Part shown: positions 56,729 through 64,000 of the stretch, one piece after another | Numbering within the stretch: the first letter of the stretch is position 1 | How the letters are laid out: every line of letters starts with the position of its first letter | IMG/VR virus record: IMGVR_UViG_3300020193_000004 | Coordinates: 32,001-96,000 of that record | Length of the DNA: 64,000 nt | Reading direction: 5' to 3' (one strand) | Origin: a virus | The notes under the pieces: generated by a model | Database searches by the model: none | What the model saw: the letters and a program-made list of their open reading frames with translations, nothing else | What the model was told of the DNA's origin: nothing | Position numbers and translations under genes: made by a program

Positions 56729-57170
56729 GGGACGTCTCCAGATACGCGATCATCTTCCTCAGCAGCACGGGGCTGTCTCGGATCGACCCGAGCACCCGAT
56801 TACACCGATTGCACAGCCACCCACGAAACGTCCCGCTTGCGTGGCAGTGGTCGAACACGACCTTACCGGACTCTCCGCACAGCTCACAAGCGGCTGGACG
56901 CGGGCGCCCGGCAAGAGCCACACGCGCCGCTTCCTGCCGGGCTTTGAACTGCTGTTGCCGGCGTTGTGCTCCCTCAGGGTCGGCCGAGCGGCGGCGACGC
57001 TGCGCCTCCCGATCGAGATCTCGAACTCGTTCCTGGTTCTGCTCCCGGTGTCGATCGCGAGCAGCCCTGACTTTGTCCGGGTGGCGCTCTCGGTACCTAC
57101 GCGCTTGCTCTGCGACCTTGTCGGGATTCTGCTTCCGCCATGCCTTGACCACTGCGTAGTCGCCAGACAT
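56700..57170 (-). mobile_element. free-standing endonuclease VII-family homing endonuclease
   Basis: CELC...FDHCH.SG.FRGWLCNRCN..LG...D...L..M..YL; GGAGGT RBS. Confidence 0.88.
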
Positions 57171-57211
57171 CGACCACCTCCATAAGTCATGGAGATGATA
57201 ACCCTCGGCTC

Positions 57212-57298
57212 CGCGTCATGGATGGGGTAGCGCCGCCCAGGAAGCGCGAAGGCACCCTCACCGAGGTTGTTGCGCTGGTCCGTGGTGAGCTCGGACAT
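57212..57298 (-). pseudogene. orphaned 5' fragment (29 codons) of the downstream DUF6582-like gene start
   Basis: MSELTTDQRNNLGEGAFALPGRRYPIHDA vs MDLTTQQRNSLSDGAFALPEKRKYPVHDL; similarity stops abruptly just before the endonuclease RBS. Confidence 0.7.
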
Positions 57299-60200
57299 CA
57301 GCGACCTCCCAGGGTCGGCTGCGGCGCGGGCTCGGGGTTGCGCTTCTTGAGGAAGTGACGGATGCCAAGAGCCCCGGCAGCCCCAGCAGCCGCGACCCCA
57401 GCCCCGAGCACGGCATTGCGCCTGGTCAGGTGCCTGGCGAACCCACCTGCAGCAGGCGCCGCCGCGTGCGCGGCCTCCGCAACAACCGGGGCCGCGTGCG
57501 ACGCCGCCGCTGCCGGCACAGGCGTGTGAACGGGCGCAGGCGTGTGCACGGGTGCTGCAGGCGGTGGTACCGGCTTCGGAGGTGCTGCTGCAGGCGCAGA
57601 CGGTGCTGCAGGTGCAACGTCGGAGATCTGCGGGGTCGCAGCCGGCTGCCGACTGTGGACACGGTCCTGGAGCTTCTGGTATCGATCGGCCACGCGGTTC
57701 AGACGCTGCGCCTTGTCAGCATCGCCTGCGGCAGCAGCGGCGGCGGCGTGTGCACGTAGCTCCTTCGCGCTACCTGTTAGCTCCCTCGCGGAAATGACCG
57801 TCTTGCCCCTCCGGACTTGCGCGGCACCCGCATCCGCGGCCTGCTGCACCGCTGGTGCGTGAGAGATCTGCGGGGTCGCAGCGGCTGGCGTCGGTGCAGC
57901 CGGTCGAGGTGCCGTGGGCTCCGCGGTCCAATGTCCGTCATAGGCAGCCGCGATGTCCTGACCCGTGTTGATGTGCGCCGGAGAAGGGTTCTTCTTTACA
58001 TGCTCCCCCCACTCGTTCACAGCTCGAGAGACCTGTGCACGCCGAGCCTCCTGCGCAGCGTTGTGCTGTGCCGCCGCCTGCGCCTCCTGCGCTGCTTGTG
58101 CCTGCTGCGCACGCGCCAGCTGCGCCGGGGCCAGCCTCTGCGAGTTCTCTACGGCAACCGCAGGCGCCTGGGCCGCACGACGGGCCGCTTCCCGTGCCTG
58201 CAGCTCTGCTCCGGTGAGCGCCTCCTTCACGAAGAAGGCACGGATGCTCGCCATCTTGGATGCTTCGGACATGGGCGCCCCACAGCTCGAGCAGTGACCG
58301 GTGTTCCCGACAGTACCCGTACCGCAGTACGCGCACTTGTACTTCTGCGGGGCGGCCGGGGACGACGACGACGACGAGCGGTCGCCGTAGTGGTGGTGCT
58401 CCGTCCGTGCAGGACGAAGCGCGTTGGAGATGACCGCGGCCTGGAGAGCATGCCGGTGGCGCCGCTCCTCGCCAGCGACGCCCTCGATCGCATGCCGGAT
58501 CGCCTGGTGTGCCTCGTCCCTCTCCGCCGCCGGTCCTGCGGTGTTGACTCGCTTCCACTTTGCGATGGCCGCGTCATCGGATGCCTTCATGCCCCCGCCG
58601 ATGAGCGCGCCGCCGAGACCGCCCACCACAGCCCCCAGCGCGGCCCCGCGGAGCCCGTGCCCGCGCCCGCCGTGCATTCCTGCGAGAGCTCCCGTGAGGA
58701 GGCCGAGTCCACCGCCGACACCCCCGCCGGTCGTCAGCGCGGTACCGAGATCAGTCTGCTTTTCCTTCGCCTTCTTCCTGCCGTAGTCGATGACCGCCTT
58801 CTCCCGATCACCTTGGCTGACTGCGGCAGAGGCGAGGTAGTCACGTCCGGGGTGGCTGGCTCCGAAGACCGCGGCGCCCTTCTCGCCAGCGGGCATCGCC
58901 GGTGACATCGGCATGGGCTGCGCTGCCGGGACCGTCTGTGGGTCCGGAGCGGTCGGTGCGGGCTGCATCGCATCGGCGATCTGGGGAACTGGTTGTTCCT
59001 GCGTGGCGGCAGGCGGGGCCGCCGCGGACGGATCGCGCTGCTTGAGTAGGTACTGGTTCGTCTCGTGCGTGCTCGCGATGCCCATCAGCAGGTCGTCGAT
59101 CCCAAGGGAGAGCCCGCCGCCCTGGTCGAGGGAGCTGTAGGCCTCGAACAGGGTTGCCTGGAGCTCTCCCTCAGCGATGAGCGCCGCCTCGAAGATGCTG
59201 CCCGCGCCCTGCATCCACTGCTGGGAGCGGGCGGAGGCCTCGGCGAAGATCGTGCCGGGGTCCAGGCTCTGGTTGCCACCGTGCCCGACGATGCGCTCCG
59301 CCACGCTGTCGAACTCCTCCCGCACACCCTCGTACAGGCGCGTGAAGAGCTGGTGGTCTGAGTACGACGCCTCGCCCTGGCTGGTCCAGTGGGCGAAGTA
59401 GTAGAGCTGGTGGAGCGCGAAGAGCGTCGAGAGTACGGGGGCCAGTGAGGATGCGACGGCGTCCGGCACGGGGGTCGGGGTGTGCTCGGCGGCCTTCTCC
59501 GGCCCAGCTTCTCGAAGACGCTCCTCGATCCGCCCCAGTCGAGACTTCAAGCCTGACCTGAACCCATAGTGTCCCGCGGCCGCACCCAGTGCCATCGAGC
59601 CGAGAGCGATCGGAAGGTCTGCCGCGCCAAGACGCGGACCGAAGTGAGAGGCGATGCCCATCCCCAAGGCGCCTCCCGCAGCCCCCGGAAGCGTCGCCGT
59701 GCGGCTCGCGAGCTGCTGCTCGACACGCTCCTTCTCGGCCAGCAGCTCCTCGCGCGTCATGGAGCCTACGAGTCTCGGCGTACCTACAAGTGCCGGCCCC
59801 CCGACCTTGGTGGCGGCACCAGCCAGCGGGATGGGCGCCGCGCTGATCTTGTTGAGGCCCATCGCCGGCTCGGTGACGCGGCCGAAGCCGTTGCGCTGCT
59901 GGTAGGGCGGGTAGAGCGAGTCCAGCAGCCCGGGCGAGCTCGGCATGCTGGTGGCGTCGGTGTCGAAGATCGCCGGGTTCAGCATGGCCTGCTGGATGCG
60001 CTCCTCGGTCAGCGGGTAGACCTGGCCGCCCGCCTCGAAGATGTAGAACTTCTGAAGGCGGCGGTTCTCCACGACGATGGGGATGCGGAGGACGTTGCCC
60101 GCGTTCGGGAGGTTGTCCTGGGGGCGCGACATCGTGCGGTTCTGGACCTGCGCGTAGCCCAGCGCGCCGCCGGCCTCGGGGTCCATCCGGTCGAGGACGA

Positions 60201-60366
60201 TCTCGATGTCGTACCGCGTGAGGAAGGGGTTCTCCTTCTGCAGCTCGGAGAAGATGTGCGCGGGCCACTTCTTCTCGTCGTCCGGCATACGCGAGATCGC
60301 CGACGCGACCTTCGTGGCGAAGAGGTCGTCGGAGGTCTTGAGCTGGATCAGAAGGGGTTCATGCAT
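57298..60366 (-). CDS. large KxA-punctuated polyprotein (1022 aa): globular N-domain + glycine zippers + Dps/ferritin-like + Zn ribbon + Ala/Pro-rich TM cassette
   Basis: HW...G.....H.LF..LY......D.VAER; CAYC...CSSC; cassettes bounded by KIS/KAA/KGA/KMA/KEA. Confidence 0.7.
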   Translation of the reverse strand: MHEPLLIQLKTSDDLFATKVASAISRMPDDEKKWPAHIFSELQKENPFLTRYDIEIVLDRMDPEAGGALGYAQVQNRTMSRPQDNLPNAGNVLRIPIVVENRRLQKFYIFEAGGQVYPLTEERIQQAMLNPAIFDTDATSMPSSPGLLDSLYPPYQQRNGFGRVTEPAMGLNKISAAPIPLAGAATKVGGPALVGTPRLVGSMTREELLAEKERVEQQLASRTATLPGAAGGALGMGIASHFGPRLGAADLPIALGSMALGAAAGHYGFRSGLKSRLGRIEERLREAGPEKAAEHTPTPVPDAVASSLAPVLSTLFALHQLYYFAHWTSQGEASYSDHQLFTRLYEGVREEFDSVAERIVGHGGNQSLDPGTIFAEASARSQQWMQGAGSIFEAALIAEGELQATLFEAYSSLDQGGGLSLGIDDLLMGIASTHETNQYLLKQRDPSAAAPPAATQEQPVPQIADAMQPAPTAPDPQTVPAAQPMPMSPAMPAGEKGAAVFGASHPGRDYLASAAVSQGDREKAVIDYGRKKAKEKQTDLGTALTTGGGVGGGLGLLTGALAGMHGGRGHGLRGAALGAVVGGLGGALIGGGMKASDDAAIAKWKRVNTAGPAAERDEAHQAIRHAIEGVAGEERRHRHALQAAVISNALRPARTEHHHYGDRSSSSSSPAAPQKYKCAYCGTGTVGNTGHCSSCGAPMSEASKMASIRAFFVKEALTGAELQAREAARRAAQAPAVAVENSQRLAPAQLARAQQAQAAQEAQAAAQHNAAQEARRAQVSRAVNEWGEHVKKNPSPAHINTGQDIAAAYDGHWTAEPTAPRPAAPTPAAATPQISHAPAVQQAADAGAAQVRRGKTVISARELTGSAKELRAHAAAAAAAGDADKAQRLNRVADRYQKLQDRVHSRQPAATPQISDVAPAAPSAPAAAPPKPVPPPAAPVHTPAPVHTPVPAAAASHAAPVVAEAAHAAAPAAGGFARHLTRRNAVLGAGVAAAGAAGALGIRHFLKKRNPEPAPQPTLGGR

Positions 60367-60462
60367 CGAGGGACCTCGCGTAGCAAGCAGCAGGATAACA
60401 GGAGGGGGCAGTTCTGGCTCACACCAGGGCGGGGACGAGGGCGGCGTTCTGGACGATCTCCT

Positions 60463-60657
60463 TCACCCGCCCGCCCATCGTACCAGGAGCTGGAGCCCCG
60501 CAGTGCCCTCGGCGACTTCCCCGGCGACAACGGGGAAGTCGCCGTTCACGGCGGCGATCATGCAGTCAGCGCACAGTTCGATGCCATCGCGTTCAAGTTC
60601 CATATGAGCCTCCGTGCTCACCCTGGAGTAGTAGCCGACCTCCCCGAGCTGGTTCAC
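60463..60657 (-). CDS. small hypothetical protein
   Basis: ORF track; CADC motif. Confidence 0.35.
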   Translation of the reverse strand: MNQLGEVGYYSRVSTEAHMELERDGIELCADCMIAAVNGDFPVVAGEVAEGTAGLQLLVRWAGG

Positions 60658-60699
60658 TTTTTCAGGGAAGGTGATCGCCGGGCGGCAATGGCAGGTCGC

Positions 60700-60885
60700 C
60701 TATCCTTTCCCGGGCTCGGTCTGGGGCGCGGGTCGGCGCTGGATCTTCACGTCGTCGAGCGCGGTCACGGCGAGCGAGACCCGCCCCGAGTCGGCCCTCG
60801 CGACAAAGACCTCCACGAGGCGACCGTCGGGGCCCGTCAACAGGATCGCCTCCCCGGTCTTCAGGGTCAGGGTCAGGCGGCCCAC
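60700..60885 (-). CDS. csrA: CsrA/RsmA-like RNA-binding protein
   Basis: LTLTLKTGEAILL...VEVFV....GRVSLAVTA..DVKIQR parallels the CsrA pattern MLILTRRVGE...VRIGVNAPKEVSVHRE; 61 aa. Confidence 0.7.
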   Translation of the reverse strand: MGRLTLTLKTGEAILLTGPDGRLVEVFVARADSGRVSLAVTALDDVKIQRRPAPQTEPGKG

Positions 60886-61121
60886 TATAGCGCCCGCAGT
60901 GCCGCGATCTCGGTCGCGTAGGTGGTCGCGTCGCGAACGGCATAACGCTGGGCGCAAGCAAGGAAGGCGACGATCAGCACGGGACTACTCCTGGACAGGC
61001 GCGCAGAGCCAGAAAAACGGTTCGCCCCAGCGATGCGGGTCAAAGCAGTCTCCACGCCCATCCTACCCGACGAGATGTGATCCGCGAGCGTCGCGACCCA
61101 CGACGGGACCACGCCGGGCAC
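60885..61121 (-). CDS. hypothetical protein
   Basis: ORF track; start uncertain. Confidence 0.3.
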   Translation of the reverse strand: MPGVVPSWVATLADHISSGRMGVETALTRIAGANRFSGSARLSRSSPVLIVAFLACAQRYAVRDATTYATEIAALRAL

Positions 61122-61160
61122 TCGCGCCCGTACTGTCAGTTGCTCACGATCCTACGCGCG

Positions 61161-61526
61161 TCAGCGACGTTCTCGGCGTCTGCCTTTCTCACCCGTGCCT
61201 CCCTGCACGGGCGTATTCATGCCCACGGGGGCGCCCGGCGTGGAGGTCTCCACGCCGGGCGACAATCCCGGGGCCTCTGGGCCGCCGGGCTCCCAGCCGC
61301 CGGGGACGCTCATGCGCAGGGGCAGCATGTCGCCCACGCTGTAGGAGACAACGACCGACCGGCGGATGCTCCAATCGCGCACGACAAGCCGGGGGAAGGC
61401 TTCCTCGACGACCCCCTGGATGCCGCGCAGTAGCACGTTGTCGGAGAGCAACGGACAGGGTCCGATGCTCTCCGCGAGCTGGACACTCTCGGTGCCATCC
61501 GGAGCACGCAGACGGACGGCGACCAC
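61161..61526 (-). CDS. hypothetical protein
   Basis: Starts 4 nt after upstream stop. Confidence 0.45.
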   Translation of the reverse strand: MVAVRLRAPDGTESVQLAESIGPCPLLSDNVLLRGIQGVVEEAFPRLVVRDWSIRRSVVVSYSVGDMLPLRMSVPGGWEPGGPEAPGLSPGVETSTPGAPVGMNTPVQGGTGEKGRRRERR

Positions 61527-61529
61527 GCG

Positions 61530-62873
61530 CTATACCATGTAGTCGATCTGGACGGTCTGCCCGGCGGGGATAGACGCGCCCCACTCGATCTTCGTGGCGC
61601 CGCCCTCCTCGATCACGCGGTACTCGTCGATGCTGGCCGGGACGCCCGTGACGAACCTGGCACGCTGCCCGTTGCGGAAGGCATGGATACCCGGGTAGTG
61701 TGCGGCGGGGACCACGTTCACCAGCGCGTGCTTCGTGGCGTTGCCGCCGTCCAGCGACTCGGCCTTCGCGCGGGCACCGATCTTGGCGAGGGTCACGGCG
61801 TCGTTGGCGAGGTCGCCGGTCGCGATGGCACCAGCCGCGAACTTACCCGCGCCGATGGTGCTCGAGGCGATCTTATCGTTCGTGATCGCGAGGTTGCGAA
61901 TGTGGTTCGTGGTCACGGCGCGGTCGGCATCGGTAGCCACGCTGTCCTTCAGCTTGCCCGCGTCCACCGCGTCATCCGCGATGTCAGCCGTGGCAATGCT
62001 GCCCGCAGCGTACTTCCCGGCGCTGACGCCGCCGTTGGCGATCTTCGCGCCGCTCACGGCAGAGTCGGCCATGTCGGCGTTGGCGATGCTACCCGCCGCG
62101 TACTTCCCGGCCACGACCGCGCCGTTCGCGATCTTCGTGGACGAGATCGCGGAGTCCTTGACGTGGTTCGTGGACACGGCGCGGGCGGAGTCATCGGCAG
62201 CGGAGGACGAGAGCTTGGCGCTGGTGACGGCGTCGGCGGCCAGGAGGCTGGTGACGATCTGCCCGGCGGCGAGCTGCGCGGCCGACTTGTCAACCATGGC
62301 GACGGTCGCGTCATCCCAGACCGGCATGTCGTTCAGGTCGAAAATCTGCGCGTAGGCGAAGACGAACGGCGATGCCATCGTGTAGGCGATCTCGGTCCCG
62401 CTGCCGAACTCGCCGCTGAAGAAGCGGAGGGTGTAGCTGCCCGCCGTGGTGCGGGCGGAACAGGAGATCACGCCCCAGACCTCGCGACCGACGCTGTCCA
62501 CGATGGCATCGCCGCTCGCGTCCATGATGGGCACCTTGCTGCTGCGGGCGCGAGCGTTCGCACCGACCTTGCCGGTCGTGGTGTTGAACTCGTTGCCGTT
62601 CGCCGCTTCCAGGAGAGCATCCTTGCCCTTGGCGACACCCTCGGGGTCCACGCCCGCGGCGCTGTCGAAGCCCAGCAGGGTCTTGACGTTCATCGTGCTT
62701 GCGGAAGGGCTCGCCTGCTCCGCGACCTGGACCCAGCGGCCCACCAGCTTCGACTGGAGTGCGCTGGCCTTCGCGTCGGCGGCGAGCTTGGCGCCCGTGA
62801 TGGAGGCGTCGGCGAGTTTGCTGGTGGTGACGCTGCTGTCGGTGTACTGGTCGGTGACAAACTGGAGAGGCAC
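61530..62873 (-). CDS. tail-fibre-like protein with 10-residue (D/N)xA(V/I)TxAK(I/L)A repeats
   Basis: Many decapeptide repeats; C-terminal F.NG.R...EY...I.Y Ig-like domain. Confidence 0.7.
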   Translation of the reverse strand: MPLQFVTDQYTDSSVTTSKLADASITGAKLAADAKASALQSKLVGRWVQVAEQASPSASTMNVKTLLGFDSAAGVDPEGVAKGKDALLEAANGNEFNTTTGKVGANARARSSKVPIMDASGDAIVDSVGREVWGVISCSARTTAGSYTLRFFSGEFGSGTEIAYTMASPFVFAYAQIFDLNDMPVWDDATVAMVDKSAAQLAAGQIVTSLLAADAVTSAKLSSSAADDSARAVSTNHVKDSAISSTKIANGAVVAGKYAAGSIANADMADSAVSGAKIANGGVSAGKYAAGSIATADIADDAVDAGKLKDSVATDADRAVTTNHIRNLAITNDKIASSTIGAGKFAAGAIATGDLANDAVTLAKIGARAKAESLDGGNATKHALVNVVPAAHYPGIHAFRNGQRARFVTGVPASIDEYRVIEEGGATKIEWGASIPAGQTVQIDYMV

Positions 62874-62922
62874 GGTAGGCTCCGAGCGTGAGGGGTAAAA
62901 GCGAGCGTGCCGCTTCCGACTC

Positions 62923-63675
62923 CTACGTCACGGCGACGATGTATTCTACCTCGATGCTCTCCAGGGCGGAAGGGGTCAAGCCCTCCAGTAGCTCAAATGT
63001 CGATGCGCTTGCCTCCGCGAAGTCAACGCCGGTTAGGAGCCGCTGACCGTTCCGGTAGACGCGCATGGAACCGGTGACAGCGGGCTCGGGTAGCACGAAG
63101 ACCTGCGTCTCCCCGTCGCACTGCTCGGACAGGTCGGACGACTTCAGCACCGCGTTCGGTCCGGTGATCCCGTACTCGGCTTCCAGTGCCTGCCCCGCGC
63201 CGGGGATGAACGAAAATGCGTCCAGCGTGACCAGCGCCCCGGCGACGGTGAAGTCTCGCCCGGGGATCAGCCGCTGTCCGTTCCAGTACAGGCGCACCGT
63301 GGTCGCGGCGGCCGGGGTCTCGGGCAGGTCGAAGGTGATTGTCGCTCCGTCGCACTGCGCCGACAGGTCCGCAGACTTCCACTCCAGGCTCGCGTAGTAG
63401 ATAACTTGTGGTTCCCCGAGGGGCTGGTAGAACTCGGCGTAGTCTTCTGACTGCGCGGAAACGTCGCCTGAGCGGCTGAACACGCTGGTCACGGGGGCCG
63501 CGGTCACGGGGACCTGCGCCTCCTTGATCGCGTCGAAGAGCCACGTGGCGAGCGCCTGCGCATAGCCGGTCCTGTACCGGCGCTTCTCCTCCGCGCTCCA
63601 CTCGGCGAAGCCCGGAGTGTACTGCTCCATCGCCGCGATCAGCGCCTTGCGCAGGGAGTTCTCGCTGACCGCCAT
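62923..63675 (-). CDS. virion protein with two tandem Ig-like repeats
   Basis: Duplicated KS.DLS.QCDG.T..F.LPE...V/LY.NGQRL..G.DF...EY unit. Confidence 0.7.
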   Translation of the reverse strand: MAVSENSLRKALIAAMEQYTPGFAEWSAEEKRRYRTGYAQALATWLFDAIKEAQVPVTAAPVTSVFSRSGDVSAQSEDYAEFYQPLGEPQVIYYASLEWKSADLSAQCDGATITFDLPETPAAATTVRLYWNGQRLIPGRDFTVAGALVTLDAFSFIPGAGQALEAEYGITGPNAVLKSSDLSEQCDGETQVFVLPEPAVTGSMRVYRNGQRLLTGVDFAEASASTFELLEGLTPSALESIEVEYIVAVT

Positions 63676-64000
63676 CAGTCCGTCTCCAGCTTTTGCGCGG
63701 TGTAGGCCTGCGCGCCGAGGGAGGCAGCGTGCTTGTCGATATTCGTGGAGGGCAGGCCGAGCGCCTTCGCCAGCGCGGAGACCTCGGTCCAGGCAGCCGC
63801 TGCGTCGGCGCTGAAACTCAGGTCGAAGAGAGCGCGCGCGGTCCCGTTCCCCACCTTCACCTTGTCTCCGGTGTGCGTGACTGCCAGCCCCGCTGCCGTG
63901 GTGGTGACGGAGGTGTCCGCGTCCAGAGTGACCGTACCATCGGTGTTGACCGTCAGCGTGACGGTGCTGCTCCCGAGGATTTTGATGACGGTCTTGCCCT
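63675..64000 (-). CDS. baseplate spike-like protein, C-terminal part (5'-truncated)
   Basis: Open frame to window end: GKTVIKI..TVTLTVNTDGTVTLDAD beta-helix-like alternation. Confidence 0.45.
   Translation of the reverse strand, partial: GKTVIKILGSSTVTLTVNTDGTVTLDADTSVTTTAAGLAVTHTGDKVKVGNGTARALFDLSFSADAAAAWTEVSALAKALGLPSTNIDKHAASLGAQAYTAQKLETD

Noticed and set aside
56645-57211. Group I intron encoding the EndoVII
   Set aside because: Almost all of the interval is coding, leaving no room for a ribozyme core; the downstream gene has its own start.
56759-57298. 179-aa ORF as a real protein
   Set aside because: Only the first 29 codons look genuine; the rest is an alternative frame of the endonuclease gene.
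43870-60366. Portal protein assignment
   Set aside because: No ORF near terL could be recognised as a portal by eye; needs HMM/structure search and may lie outside the window.
61780-62830. AKLA/AKIA as further KxA cleavage sites
   Set aside because: They are part of a regular 10-residue fibre repeat, not module boundaries.
1-64000. Genome-wide stop-codon reassignment
   Set aside because: TGA, TAG and TAA all end genes at tightly coupled junctions, and long genes are intact in the standard code.

Overview
High-GC (by eye ~65-70%) 64-kb segment of a large contractile-tailed (myovirus-type) bacteriophage; no rRNA, tRNA or CRISPR array was seen. Left part (1-16.5 kb, mostly + strand): small early/accessory genes, HNH, GIY-YIG and HNH-AP2 endonucleases, a three-gene beta-rich virion-appendage module, a ParB-like protein, a MoxR-type AAA+ ATPase/vWA pair and an adenine DNA methyltransferase. 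From 16.4 kb to the end (mostly - strand): morphogenesis cluster with baseplate/fibre-like genes, CsrA-like regulator, a large head-associated gene pair separated by an endonuclease VII homing gene, intein-containing large terminase, prohead protease, scaffold-like proteins, major capsid, neck, giant tail sheath, tail tube, SNF2 helicase, plus two + strand islands (HTH regulator; RNase HII) with a shared C(T/C)(G/A)AAA-N16/17-CATAAG promoter-like motif. Most striking: about a dozen head-region proteins are punctuated by a recurring K-x-A(/G) motif that also marks the predicted capsid propeptide. These motifs precisely bound swappable cassettes (the same GNAT-like module in two different genes, an ADP-ribosyltransferase-like module, a Dps/ferritin-like module, a Zn ribbon, glycine-zipper membrane hairpins, an SNF2 helicase), and exact DNA repeats overlap the motifs. 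The inference is a protease-processed, capsid-packaged, modular 'cargo polyprotein' system. All product calls come from motif recognition by eye, not database searches.
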